64,000 nt of DNA from a bacterium (GTDB lineage Bacteria; Patescibacteriota; Minisyncoccia; UBA6257; WO2-44-18): NCBI GenBank assembly GCA_030689595.1, contig JAUYHP010000008.1, positions 32,589 to 96,588 of the forward strand, given 5' to 3'. The notes beneath the pieces were generated by a model that saw nothing but the letters and a program-made list of their open reading frames with translations, did not search any database and had not been told where the DNA came from. Within the stretch, counting starts at the first letter, position 1. The number at the start of each line of letters is the position of its first letter. Below are positions 18,379 through 28,385 of the stretch, in pieces. Both the position numbers and the translations under genes were made by a program.

Positions 18379-19569
18379 ATGAAAAAAATCTTATTTATCG
18401 GCACTATCGGCATAGTATTAATAGTTTTGGGGTTCGCCTCGGATGATTTGATAACCCCTAAATCTGCCGACGAAAACATCGTCAGCGTTAATATCCCGGA
18501 GGGAATAACTTTTAGTAAGCTTATGGAACAGCTAAATATTCCAACCAGCGTCGCTGCGGCGATACTGGAGAGCGCCAAGCCAGTATACGATCTCTCAACT
18601 ATTGTTAGCGGGCATAAGCTTGCCTTAGTCTTAGCCAACGCCGACTCCTCATTAAGGCGGCTGGTTTATAACATAGACAGCGATCGACAATTGGTCGTTG
18701 TCCAAGAATCGTTGGGCGAAGGAGTAGCTGCCGCCACGACCACGTACAAAGCCGAGGTCCGTCCAATCGATTATGAGGTTGAGATAAACCAGCTCAGCGG
18801 TACAGTCAATACATCGCTTTATGAATATTTCACTGCCAATGGCGAAGACGTTCGTTTGGCATTAAGTTTAGCTGAAATGTTTGCGTGGCAAGTTGATTTT
18901 GCGGCTGATATTCGCACCGGAGACAGCTTTAAGGTCTTATATGAAAAAAGGTTTTTAGATGATAATTACATTATGCCCGGCAGGGTTTTGGCGGCTGAAT
19001 TTATCAACGACAACCAAAGATATCAGGCGTTTTATTTTGAATCCGAAAAAACTAAGGCAAATTATTATGATGAGAATGGCAATTCTTTGCAAAAGCAGTT
19101 TTTAAAATCGCCTCTGCAATATAAATATATTAGCTCCGGCTTTAGTTACGCTCGAGTAAATCCTATAACCAAAAAAACGTCGGCCCATCGTGGTATAGAT
19201 TATGCCGCCAACCATGGCACGCCGGCTGTGACAGTGGGGGACGGAACTGTCACTCAAGCGGGCTGGAATGGTTATTATGGCATTTCGGTTACCATTCGCC
19301 ATAATGATACCTACAGAACAGTTTATGGCCATTTTTCTAGTCTAGCAAAGGGCATAAGAACTGGCGCCAAAGTTAAGCAGGGGCAAGTCATAGGTTATGT
19401 TGGCTCAACGGGTCAATCTACTGGGCCGCATCTTCATTATGAAATGCATAAATTTAACAGTTATGTTAATCCATTTACAGTTGAAATCCCACCAGGCGAC
19501 CCCATTGCTGAGATAGATGGGGCAGCATTTAACGAAGCCAGAGCCGAATTCTTAGATAAGCTGGAATAA
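18379..19569 (+). CDS. M23-family (LytM) metallopeptidase, membrane-anchored
   Basis: HRGIDYAANHGTPAVTVGDG...HLHYEMH matches the HxxxD...HxH zinc signature. An N-terminal TM helix is present. Confidence 0.75.
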   Translation: MKKILFIGTIGIVLIVLGFASDDLITPKSADENIVSVNIPEGITFSKLMEQLNIPTSVAAAILESAKPVYDLSTIVSGHKLALVLANADSSLRRLVYNIDSDRQLVVVQESLGEGVAAATTTYKAEVRPIDYEVEINQLSGTVNTSLYEYFTANGEDVRLALSLAEMFAWQVDFAADIRTGDSFKVLYEKRFLDDNYIMPGRVLAAEFINDNQRYQAFYFESEKTKANYYDENGNSLQKQFLKSPLQYKYISSGFSYARVNPITKKTSAHRGIDYAANHGTPAVTVGDGTVTQAGWNGYYGISVTIRHNDTYRTVYGHFSSLAKGIRTGAKVKQGQVIGYVGSTGQSTGPHLHYEMHKFNSYVNPFTVEIPPGDPIAEIDGAAFNEARAEFLDKLE

Positions 19570-19575
19570 CATCAA

Positions 19576-19911
19576 ATGATCCTATTAAAAGACATCCACA
19601 TAGTTGCGAGCATGGCATTGGCTATAATTGCGCTAATAATAGCGGCGGGGCTCGTCTACGTCAATTTCGCAGACGTTAACCATTTATTGGTAATTCATTT
19701 TGATGCCCATCGTGGCATAGATCTATTTGGTCAAAAAATCAGCGTCTATAATATTTTATGGTCTAATCTGCTCCTTATAATCATAAATTTTTTCCTAGTT
19801 ACGGTTTTTTATAGCCGGGCGCGTTTTATGGCCTATTTATTAGCTTACTCCACCACCAGCTTATCCCTATTGATTTTAGCAGCCATCATGGTTATAATTT
19901 CAGTTAACTAA
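19576..19911 (+). CDS. Membrane protein
   Basis: Three TM helices. Confidence 0.4.
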   Translation: MILLKDIHIVASMALAIIALIIAAGLVYVNFADVNHLLVIHFDAHRGIDLFGQKISVYNILWSNLLLIIINFFLVTVFYSRARFMAYLLAYSTTSLSLLILAAIMVIISVN

Positions 19912-19912
19912 T

Positions 19913-20221
19913 ATGTTGGCAATTATAGAGACCGGTGGCAAGCAGTACAAAGTCGCCGCTGGGCAAAAACTTAAAATAGAGAAGTTGCCTCCCGGAGAAG
20001 GGGAGCCGGTGGTTTTTGATAAGGTCTTATTAACGGCTGATGGCGATAGCGTCAAAGTGGGCGCTCCTTATGTTGGCGGATCTAAGGTAGAGGGCAAGGT
20101 TTTAAAGCAGGGCCGTGGCCGTAAAATCATTGTTTTTAAATATCACTCCAAAACTAGATATCGAAAGAAAAAGGGTCACAGGCAAGAATACACGGAGGTG
20201 GAGATAACTAAGGTGAAATAA
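19913..20221 (+). CDS. rplU: Ribosomal protein bL21
   Basis: [25 protein letters not shown]. Confidence 0.85.
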   Translation: MLAIIETGGKQYKVAAGQKLKIEKLPPGEGEPVVFDKVLLTADGDSVKVGAPYVGGSKVEGKVLKQGRGRKIIVFKYHSKTRYRKKKGHRQEYTEVEITKVK

Positions 20222-20250
20222 AAAAGAAGCGCGCTGCGCTTCTTTTGTTG
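20222..20250. terminator. Bidirectional terminator
   Basis: AAAAAGAAGCGC-GCT-GCGCTTCTTTTGTTG between rplU and the convergent recR. Confidence 0.7.
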
Positions 20251-20318
20251 TGTCCAAGTGGTATTTTTATATATTTTCTATCTAGGGAAATTAAAAAACT
20301 GTACCCAGAATATGACAA

Positions 20319-20918
20319 CTATCTTCTATTGTCAATGGCGCCGCTCAAAGTATCTTCGTCGGCAAATTCAATTTCGCCACCGGTTGGTAGGCCGCGCCCT
20401 AAGCGGCTTATTTTTTTAGTACAATCTTTAAGCTCCTGCATAATTATTGAAGCATTCAAATCTCCATAGCTGGTTGGGCTCATGGCTAGAATGATTTCTT
20501 CCGCCTGTCCTCCCAGCTCTTTTTTAATAAAACTTTTTAAGCTTGTTAGCCTAAGTTTTTGTAGATTGTCTATGGCGCCGTCTTTTTTTAACTCCCCAAG
20601 TACCAGGTATCGTCCGCTAAACTTTTTAGTCTTTTCTAAGGACATCAAATCGGTTTCTTTCTCAACTAAAGCAATTACGTCCTTGCGTCTTTTGGTGTTT
20701 GAGCAAATATCACAAAATTGGTTAGCGCCCAAATAACTAAAAAAGCACTGCGGGCATACTTTAATTGATTGCAGGCCCTCCACGGTCTTAGCTAAATCTG
20801 CGATATTGGCATCCCCCAAGCTTTTAATATAAAAAGCTAGCCGAGTAGCTTGGCGAGGCCCGATAGATGGAAGCTTGGCAAATAAATCAACAAATTTTCT
20901 TATTGGGTCGGGCAACAT
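20319..20918 (-). CDS. recR: Recombination protein RecR
   Basis: C4 zinc finger (CPQCFFS...CDIC), then Toprim-domain motifs. Confidence 0.85.
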   Translation of the reverse strand: MLPDPIRKFVDLFAKLPSIGPRQATRLAFYIKSLGDANIADLAKTVEGLQSIKVCPQCFFSYLGANQFCDICSNTKRRKDVIALVEKETDLMSLEKTKKFSGRYLVLGELKKDGAIDNLQKLRLTSLKSFIKKELGGQAEEIILAMSPTSYGDLNASIIMQELKDCTKKISRLGRGLPTGGEIEFADEDTLSGAIDNRR

Positions 20919-20924
20919 AATAAT

Positions 20925-22259
20925 TTAGTGGGCCGTATCGATGTTGCGGAAGCTAGCTTTTTCAGGATCGAATTTCAACTTAACAACGCCCAATGGTCCG
21001 TTACGATGTTTGGCCACAATGATTTCAGCGGTGTTTTCCTCTTCTGGAGAAATATTAGTTTTATCTCTATCTTTGCGATAAATAAACATAACTACATCAG
21101 CATCCTGCTCTAAGCTGCCACTCTCGCGCAAATCAGCAAGGCGGGGGACTCTGTTCTCGCGTTGATCAACTGCGCGTGACAGCTGTGATAGGGCTAGTAC
21201 GGGCACGTTCAATTCACGCCCCAACCCCTTCAGGCCGCGTGATATCTCGGTAACTTGGTGAACCATATTATCAGAATGGGTGCGTGGCTGAATAAGCTGT
21301 AGGTAATCGATGACTATTAAGCTTAAGCCATGCTCCATCTGAAGGCGGCGGGCCATAGAGCGAATTTGTAAAATATTGGGAGAGGGAGTGTCATCTATAA
21401 ATAATGGGGCCTGTGATAGTGTGTCGAGAGAATTTTGGATAAGAGCGAAGTCAGATTCATTAGATAATTTACCGGTACGCAATTTCCAAAGTGGTACCTG
21501 GGCTTCAGCCGAAATCAAACGGTCAACGACTTGTTCCCGCGACATTTCTAGTGAAAAGATTCCTACTGGCAACTTTTCCCTAACGGCTATATGCCTAGCA
21601 ATATCCAACATCAAAGATGTTTTACCGAGAGATGGCCGAGCACCAAGCATTACTAAGTCTGATTTTTGTAGACCAGATAGTATATTGTCTAATTGATGAA
21701 ACCCAGTTGGTACGCCGCGAAAATTTGCATCACCGGAGTGAAGCTTCTCGATGCGCTCATAGGCACTCTGTAATTCATCTTTAATTTTTACAAATTTTTG
21801 CAGTTGCGAGTTTTGTGAAATAGCAAAGATTTTTTGCTCAATATCATCAAGCACGTTTTCTATATTGCTGCCTGGCTCAAAAGCTCTTTCGGTTATATGG
21901 GCAGATGCATTGATCAAATCGCGCAATACCCTTTTTTCCCTGACGATTTTAGCATAATGCGCAACGTGAGATGAGGTTGGGACACTATTAATCAGCTTTG
22001 ATAGATAAGTAGAGCCACCAGCCTCTTGGAGCTTTTTGCTTTCTTTCAGCTCAGTTGTAACGCTCAAAATATCAACTGGTTGGTGTTTCTCGTAGAGCCT
22101 TATGATGGCAGCATATATAAGACCATGGGCAGAACTATAAAAATCTTCGGCCGTTAAAAGATCGGCCGCTTTAATAATTGCGTCTTTATCCATCATCAAG
22201 GCGCCCAAAACAGACTCCTCGGCTTCTATGTTTTGTGGTGTGAGTTTAATTACGGACAT
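20925..22259 (-). CDS. dnaB: Replicative DNA helicase
   Basis: N-terminal QNIEAEESVLGALMMD, Walker A GARPSLGKTS, and a RecA-like C-terminus. Confidence 0.9.
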   Translation of the reverse strand: MSVIKLTPQNIEAEESVLGALMMDKDAIIKAADLLTAEDFYSSAHGLIYAAIIRLYEKHQPVDILSVTTELKESKKLQEAGGSTYLSKLINSVPTSSHVAHYAKIVREKRVLRDLINASAHITERAFEPGSNIENVLDDIEQKIFAISQNSQLQKFVKIKDELQSAYERIEKLHSGDANFRGVPTGFHQLDNILSGLQKSDLVMLGARPSLGKTSLMLDIARHIAVREKLPVGIFSLEMSREQVVDRLISAEAQVPLWKLRTGKLSNESDFALIQNSLDTLSQAPLFIDDTPSPNILQIRSMARRLQMEHGLSLIVIDYLQLIQPRTHSDNMVHQVTEISRGLKGLGRELNVPVLALSQLSRAVDQRENRVPRLADLRESGSLEQDADVVMFIYRKDRDKTNISPEEENTAEIIVAKHRNGPLGVVKLKFDPEKASFRNIDTAH

Positions 22260-22275
22260 GATTTAAAATTAAGAT

Positions 22276-23658
22276 TTAATCCTTGGGCACAGCTAGCAAT
22301 ACCAATTGCCCCAGCGGAGTGTCTTCTACTGTATATCCTAACTGTTCTATCTGCTTGCGCAAGAGGTCTGACTGGACAAACTGTTCATTATGTCTGAATA
22401 ACTCACGCTTTTTGGCTAGACGCCTTATTTTAAACGGTATTTTGGCCACATTGAGGCTCAACTTTAACATTGCTGCCTTATCAAAAACCCATTTACCTAT
22501 ATTCTCAGCAGAGCCTCTGTCAAATCGCCATATATTTTGGTTGGCATCATTTATCAGGATAAAGATGGCCGCCAATGCTTCGGGAGTATTAAAATCATCG
22601 TTCATAGCCGAAACGAATTTTTCCTCGTAGGGCTTAACATCAAACCTCACATCACCAGAATTTTTAATAACCAGACTTATCTTGGCTAAAAATTCTTCTA
22701 TGCGCGCCAATGATTTAATTGCTTCAACGACAAGGCCTTTTGAATAATTTAATGGAGAGCGATAGTGATGTGACAAGACGATATAGCGCAATATTCTAGC
22801 GTCGTGCTTTTCTAAAAAGTCATGCGCCATAATGATATTGCCCAAGCTTTTTGACATTTTTTTGCCGTCAACTACTAATGATCCAACATGTGTCCACAAT
22901 CGAACCAGCGGCTTTTTCCCCGAGGCAGACTCTTGTTGAGTTATTTCCGCTTCATGATGTGGAAATTTAATATCCACGCCACCACCATGCCAATCATATT
23001 GCGGGCCAAAATGATGCTCGGTAATAGCTGTATCTTCTATATGCCAGCCTGGTCTGCCATCACCCAGGTGAGTCTTCCACGATGGTTCGCCAGATTTAGA
23101 AAACTTCCATAATACAAAATCACCCTTGTTGCGCTTGGCAACGTGGTCATCTATATGAGAAACTCCGTCCTCGGCCTGTAAAGCCGTACGTTTAGCTAGC
23201 TTTCCATATTCTTTGAACTTAGAAATGTCGAAGTAATAACCATCATCAAGTTTATAGGCATAACCCTTATCAATCAGGTTTTTAACCTGGTTAATTATTT
23301 GTTTAATATACTCAGTGGCCGGCGCATATTTGGTTACCATATTTATACCTAGTTTTTTTTCATCTCGGTGATAGATTCTGGTATATTTTTTAGCCAACGC
23401 CTTAGGAGTTAAGCCAGCTTCTTTAGAGCGGTTGATAATTTTATCATCAATATCGGTGATGTTTTGCAAATAAAAAATTTTGTGGCCGGTGGCGCGCAAA
23501 TAATGCACCAACGTATCAAAAACTAAGTAGGTCCTAGCGTTGCCTATATGAATATCCCCATAAACAGTCGGCCCACACACAAATAGCTTGATATCGCCGC
23601 TTGGCGGCTTTGGTAGCTCTTTCTTTTGTTCGCTTAAGGTGTCGTAAAGCAACATAGT
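22276..23658 (-). CDS. cysS: Cysteinyl-tRNA synthetase
   Basis: HIGNARTYLVFD (HIGH) and KMSKSLGN motifs. The true start is taken at MLLYDTL, because the upstream in-frame extension is non-homologous. Confidence 0.9.
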   Translation of the reverse strand, partial: TMLLYDTLSEQKKELPKPPSGDIKLFVCGPTVYGDIHIGNARTYLVFDTLVHYLRATGHKIFYLQNITDIDDKIINRSKEAGLTPKALAKKYTRIYHRDEKKLGINMVTKYAPATEYIKQIINQVKNLIDKGYAYKLDDGYYFDISKFKEYGKLAKRTALQAEDGVSHIDDHVAKRNKGDFVLWKFSKSGEPSWKTHLGDGRPGWHIEDTAITEHHFGPQYDWHGGGVDIKFPHHEAEITQQESASGKKPLVRLWTHVGSLVVDGKKMSKSLGNIIMAHDFLEKHDARILRYIVLSHHYRSPLNYSKGLVVEAIKSLARIEEFLAKISLVIKNSGDVRFDVKPYEEKFVSAMNDDFNTPEALAAIFILINDANQNIWRFDRGSAENIGKWVFDKAAMLKLSLNVAKIPFKIRRLAKKRELFRHNEQFVQSDLLRKQIEQLGYTVEDTPLGQLVLLAVPKD

Positions 23659-23752
23659 GAGATCTCTTCTGCCTATCGGCAGGAATAATACGAATAATAA
23701 CAAAAAACACCGACCAACTCAAAGCCTCCAGCGACATTATTTGTTTGCTACT

Positions 23753-24694
23753 CTATAGCCAGCCCTTTTTCTTAAAGACGATAATTAACGCGATGACCAC
23801 GATTACAGACCCAATCGATATAGACCAAAAGCTGAATGGCAGCGAAGACATCAAATTATTAACATAGTCTATCTGTAGAACTGATACTACCAGAAAAACT
23901 GGGAACGTAAGAAAGGCAAAGATGGTAAATCGTTGCATAACCCGATTAGTCTTAGCGCTAAGTAGCTGGCCATTAGTTTCTTCTAGAGACTCTATTACTT
24001 GGCGATAATTTTCTAGATTTTGCGCAGTTTTAAGATGATCGCCAACCAAGTCATTAAGATATATTTCTGCGCCGTGACTCCAAAATTTATTACCAACGTC
24101 TACTAACGAACTTAATAATATTTCTTGCGGTCGGTTAATAATGCTGTAATCCATGACATCGCGCTTAACATACGATATGCGCTGAAGCATTTCTTCTTCG
24201 CGACCTTTAAAAATTTCTTGAGTGATATAGCTAAGGCTTTCTTGGACGTGATGCAGTTGCCTCATCGAAAAGGCAATCATTTCTTGGATAATGTAATAGA
24301 TTAAGCGACTAGTGTCGTGTTTGAGAGCTAGCTCCTTTACGTGAACGTTGTTGCTGAGTGATCGAAAGAAAATATCTAATGGCTCCAGGTCTTCATAGTG
24401 TACCGTGATGACATGGGTCTTAGTTATCAAAAAATCCACCTCGGCCCGGCGAGAGGTCTTCATAGATTCGTCATATACTGGCAAATGATAGGTTAAAAAT
24501 AGGTAGCTAGAATGCGCCTCTACTCTAGAGCGAGTAGAGAAGTGGAGTAGCTCATCCAGGATAATGGGGTGAAATTTATGGAGCTTTTTTAAAAAGTCCA
24601 AGTCGTCTCTGGTAGGCCGCCTTATATCGATCCAGGTGACTTTACCCTTAACAGTTCTCACATCTTTATTATAGCTCTTTTGATGGTTTGACAA
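23753..24694 (-). CDS. CorA-family divalent cation transporter with a non-canonical selectivity motif
   Basis: CorA N-domain and two C-terminal TM helices ending KKKGWL. The position of the universal GMN motif reads QID(YVNN). Confidence 0.65.
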   Translation of the reverse strand: MSNHQKSYNKDVRTVKGKVTWIDIRRPTRDDLDFLKKLHKFHPIILDELLHFSTRSRVEAHSSYLFLTYHLPVYDESMKTSRRAEVDFLITKTHVITVHYEDLEPLDIFFRSLSNNVHVKELALKHDTSRLIYYIIQEMIAFSMRQLHHVQESLSYITQEIFKGREEEMLQRISYVKRDVMDYSIINRPQEILLSSLVDVGNKFWSHGAEIYLNDLVGDHLKTAQNLENYRQVIESLEETNGQLLSAKTNRVMQRFTIFAFLTFPVFLVVSVLQIDYVNNLMSSLPFSFWSISIGSVIVVIALIIVFKKKGWL

Positions 24695-24737
24695 AAGCTA
24701 GAAAAATAGCCCCCGACATAGTCGAGGGCCAATAAAT

Positions 24738-25862
24738 TTATCCAGGAATTTCTTCTCTAATATATTTTACACCGCGCTCCCACAGATAATCCATAATAGA
24801 CTTGAAGCATTCATGGCTGGTGCCAATATATTCAGGTGGACAAATTCCTCTGTGTTGAATTTCGTCTCGCAGAATAAGATTAGCCATGGCAGTTGCCGCA
24901 TAGCCCGTGACCCTAGCCATAGAAGTGATCCCACTGTCATGATCGTATTCGTCATAAAGGCTATACGTGACTACCGATTCATCCTTGCGCACAATTGTGA
25001 TACGCATAACAGTAAATTCTTCCTCACCTGGCTCGAGTCGCCAATTTCTCAAAAGCACACCAGAAGTAAAATCGATCGGCTTCATCATTTTAGAACCAAT
25101 TTTAGTTGGGCTCTTATCAAAAAAGCCGAGTGCTTGTAGGGCTTTAATCAAATCAATGTGTCCTGGATAGCGAAGCGTTTGCTCGCGCATATTTGGTACA
25201 CTGCCCATGGTTTTAAGAAGAGTGCGCAAACCATCAGTATTGAATGCCTCCAAGGTTCCGATGCCATCAAATTCTATCATCGCAGAATCCGAAAGAGCCG
25301 GCTTAGTAACAATTCTACCGCCCTCCATCAATCGCGCTGGACGCGTGTATTCCTCGATTACATCAATGGGGGAGAATGGCGCCTTATATTGAAGTGGCCA
25401 TTGTCTATTTTTAGGCAAACCACCAACCAGGCATTCAAATGATTCAACCTCGCCCTGTATATTCTCAAACCCCAAAATTAGATTGCTCATCCCAGGAGCC
25501 ACGCCACAATCAACGCCGGCCACGACCTTATTTTTTTCCGCCAAATCCTGTAGAGAAAATGGGTCCTGGCCGAAAAAAGAAATATCCACTACATTTTTGC
25601 CAGCTTCGATAACGGCACGCAAGGTCGCATAGCCCATAAACCCAGGCACAGCACTGATTACCAAATCGGCGTTTCTAACAGCAATTTTAATGGCATCCTC
25701 TCTTGAGAGATCGGCTTCAATCGTTGTCGCTCCGGCTATATCTTTCAAAGCGGCGCGGCTTCTGTCAATAGCTATTACCTTATGTTGGACGCAAAGGTCG
25801 GCTATAATTGCTTTGCCAACCATCCCAGCCCCAAGGACAACAATCTTTTTCTGTGTTTTCAA
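24738..25862 (-). CDS. Saccharopine dehydrogenase-family NAD(P) oxidoreductase
   Basis: N-terminal KIVVLGAGMVGKAI Rossmann motif and Sacchrp_dh-like architecture. Confidence 0.6.
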   Translation of the reverse strand: MKTQKKIVVLGAGMVGKAIIADLCVQHKVIAIDRSRAALKDIAGATTIEADLSREDAIKIAVRNADLVISAVPGFMGYATLRAVIEAGKNVVDISFFGQDPFSLQDLAEKNKVVAGVDCGVAPGMSNLILGFENIQGEVESFECLVGGLPKNRQWPLQYKAPFSPIDVIEEYTRPARLMEGGRIVTKPALSDSAMIEFDGIGTLEAFNTDGLRTLLKTMGSVPNMREQTLRYPGHIDLIKALQALGFFDKSPTKIGSKMMKPIDFTSGVLLRNWRLEPGEEEFTVMRITIVRKDESVVTYSLYDEYDHDSGITSMARVTGYAATAMANLILRDEIQHRGICPPEYIGTSHECFKSIMDYLWERGVKYIREEIPG

Positions 25863-26016
25863 AGTGCACTCTCCCTATCGGGTTATTAAAATCTCATGAC
25901 TATATTCACACAAAAACTATTAATTGGCAACTGCTTGAGCATCAATATTGTTTTTGCTAATATCGTAGCGTTCGTTTAAAATTAACTTTTGCCTCAATGA
26001 AGTTTTTGACTTTATT

Positions 26017-26835
26017 GTGGCAAACCCTTTTAAGGAGGTGTCAGCTATGAGCTTTAAATTGGATTGTGCTATAGGAGCTGAGATTGAAAGGGTGTTGGCG
26101 GCGGCGGGATGGACCAAAAACGATATTAAGTTGTTTTGCTGTAGCGATCGGCTCGATAGCTTTATTGATGTTTTGCGTGGCTATTCTGTAGTAACGTCAG
26201 CCACGAATGGAACTCCGGCGCGCAGGAATAAGAAGACTACGGGCGGGAGACAGCCGTTGGTCATGAGAATGCAAGATGGCATTCTATTGGAATCAGCATT
26301 TAACAAGTTCGGTTGGGGCGTGCCCAATATTAATCTTTTGCTCCGAGCCAACCCGCGTAGATTAAGACTCGTTAGAGATATTATGAGAGGGGAATCGGTA
26401 ATTAGTAAGACTGATGTGATTAGCTCTTTAGCAAAACCATGCGTGCATAATCCTAGCATGAGCCCCTGGGCCTCCCCCTGGCAAATTATTAGGCACGATA
26501 AACATCGCACATTTCAGTGGGACGAAAGACTGGTAGAAGTTGTCCCAATAACAAACGTTGATGAAATCAAGGGCTTACCCCATCTTAATGCTTGTGTGTT
26601 TGATTTTCTGTGGGACCATCAAAAAACGATTCCTCCTAGCTGGTCTGAGAAGCTTGATGAGCGAGATCGGCACAGTGCTCCGAAAATCGCATTTTTTGGC
26701 ACCGTACTTCATGATCATTTCAGTTTTGTTCGCAGTCTGCATTTTGATGGCCATTCCTGGTGGAATAGTGAAGTACGGCTAGACTATGGTCTTAAGTATA
26801 GAAACATATTTGCAGCCGTCTTCAAAGATGGCTAG
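26017..26835 (+). CDS. Hypothetical protein (orphan)
   Basis: 272-aa ORF, rich in Trp and His, with no recognisable motifs. Confidence 0.35.
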   Translation: MANPFKEVSAMSFKLDCAIGAEIERVLAAAGWTKNDIKLFCCSDRLDSFIDVLRGYSVVTSATNGTPARRNKKTTGGRQPLVMRMQDGILLESAFNKFGWGVPNINLLLRANPRRLRLVRDIMRGESVISKTDVISSLAKPCVHNPSMSPWASPWQIIRHDKHRTFQWDERLVEVVPITNVDEIKGLPHLNACVFDFLWDHQKTIPPSWSEKLDERDRHSAPKIAFFGTVLHDHFSFVRSLHFDGHSWWNSEVRLDYGLKYRNIFAAVFKDG

Positions 26836-26842
26836 TTTAAGC

Positions 26843-26873
26843 AAAAACCCGTCATTATGACGGGTTTTATTTA
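26843..26873 (+). terminator. Rho-independent terminator
   Basis: ACCCGTCAT-TA-TGACGGGTTTTATTT. Confidence 0.7.
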
Positions 26874-26880
26874 TAATTGT

Positions 26881-27177
26881 TTATAATAATGCGCTGATAA
26901 GCGCCCTTCCTAGGCTGGTAGCCAAGAATGTTATCAGAGCCATAAACCACATGAGAGATAGGGCAGAAATAACTGGTGCCCAAATTTCAAATTTGGATAT
27001 TTCTTGAAATTTAGCTTTCGTACGTCGAGATGTGTATATGGCAATCGAAATAATCGCCACAACAGTAATTAATAGCAGATCTGGCCACTGCCAAAAATAA
27101 CCAGCTACTAGCCCAAGAGCTGACAGCAACATCAACCAAGCAACTTGTGCAGCGCCACGCATAGCATCCCTCCTCAA
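26881..27177 (-). CDS. Small membrane protein
   Basis: Three TM helices; 98 aa. Confidence 0.4.
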   Translation of the reverse strand: MRRDAMRGAAQVAWLMLLSALGLVAGYFWQWPDLLLITVVAIISIAIYTSRRTKAKFQEISKFEIWAPVISALSLMWFMALITFLATSLGRALISALL

Positions 27178-27332
27178 GGATCTAGTTTAAGTATAGCAAA
27201 TTGAGATATTCAAAACAGCGCTAATAATTATGTTGTTGACAAAAAATATATAACATGATAAGGTGTCTGGGTTCTTTGTAATCAAATATCGGGCGCTTTT
27301 TACCTGCCCATCTACCGCACAAGGAGGAGCAC

Positions 27333-27884
27333 ATGTGTAGAGCTCGAGGTGGACGCAAATCCAAGCCCACTGGCTATACTGGCAAACTACTAGAAGCCGA
27401 CATATTCGGCGTATGCCGCGCAGAATGTACTGGTGGCCAAAATGAATATGTCGAATTCTGGCCCGCCGTAATAGAGGTCGAACGCAACCAGCCAGGAGAC
27501 CCTACCAGTCCGCACTCACGGCCCATCAACGCGCTGCGAGTCTTAATAGCAGACGAGCTTGGAGTTGAAGAACGGGAAGTCGGCTTTTTCACCGCAGTTG
27601 GTAGCGCGCTGGATCTGTTTCACAAGGTTGATGGCTTTTTCAAGTGGGGGCGGGTTGTTGCCTTCATCGATATCACCCTTGATCTCGAGGGCAAGAAACC
27701 ACACGGCACCAAATTCTTTGTGACAGAAAGCGATTTCTACACAGAGGATCACGAGATCAATGCGAAGCGGCTCCGTGAGCTTGCCTACGGCATCGCCACC
27801 TTTCTGCAACAAAGGCGGCCAGACAAACAATCCGAAACTGAGATTCACCCCAATCGTTTGCGCATGCAGAGCGCAATCAAGTAG
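27333..27884 (+). CDS. Hypothetical protein, GC-rich orphan
   Basis: AAGGAGG RBS 7 nt upstream of the ATG; about 52% GC; no motif recognised. Confidence 0.4.
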   Translation: MCRARGGRKSKPTGYTGKLLEADIFGVCRAECTGGQNEYVEFWPAVIEVERNQPGDPTSPHSRPINALRVLIADELGVEEREVGFFTAVGSALDLFHKVDGFFKWGRVVAFIDITLDLEGKKPHGTKFFVTESDFYTEDHEINAKRLRELAYGIATFLQQRRPDKQSETEIHPNRLRMQSAIK

Positions 27885-27890
27885 TACAAT

Positions 27891-27930
27891 GCCCCCACCG
27901 AGATAATTTCGGCTGGGGGCGTTTTTATTT
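27891..27930 (+). terminator. Rho-independent terminator
   Basis: GCCCCCA...TGGGGGC stem then GTTTTTATTT. Confidence 0.6.
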
Positions 27931-28362
27931 AAACCTTATCGAAATTTCTAAGGCGTTATCATGCTCGGTCAAACCGGATGGGTTATCCTTTTGCAAAATT
28001 AACGAACCGCGCTCACCATAAATGGGTTGCTCAAATTCTAATATCGCCTCAAATGGGACAAAGTCTTCAGTCATCCATGTTGAATTTTCATCGTTAGGAT
28101 CAAGTTGGGCCTCTGCATAATGTTGGGCTATGATTTTTCCGTCCCAATCTGTGAGCACGACAGGAAAAGTTGCTTCAAAAAACCAATAACCCCTAGCTTC
28201 GCCGGTAATTTTTAACGGGCTTTTAATGGCCTCATTTGGCAAAGGAGATGTGAGTCGTATTAAGTTCGGTAGCTCGGCAGACATAGTTGAATCATCTAGA
28301 TTTAAATAATATACAACACCAACTAGCAAAGCCAACACAATTAATATATATAAATATTTCAT
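27925..28362 (-). CDS. Secreted Gmad2 Ig-like domain protein
   Basis: Signal peptide, then ITGEARGYWFFEATFPVVL...WMTEDFVPFEAILEF...LILQKDNPSGL, which matches the Gmad2 pattern. Confidence 0.5.
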   Translation of the reverse strand: MKYLYILIVLALLVGVVYYLNLDDSTMSAELPNLIRLTSPLPNEAIKSPLKITGEARGYWFFEATFPVVLTDWDGKIIAQHYAEAQLDPNDENSTWMTEDFVPFEAILEFEQPIYGERGSLILQKDNPSGLTEHDNALEISIRFK

Positions 28363-28385
28363 CAGTTTAATTATACAGCAACACC

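Noticed and set aside
22276-23703. Upstream in-frame extensions of cysS, and likewise of typA (31673) and obg (34582), given in the ORF track
   Set aside because: The extensions lack homology to the conserved N-termini. Internal ATGs reproduce canonical starts (MLLYDTL, MQLRNIAII, MLIDDVKI).
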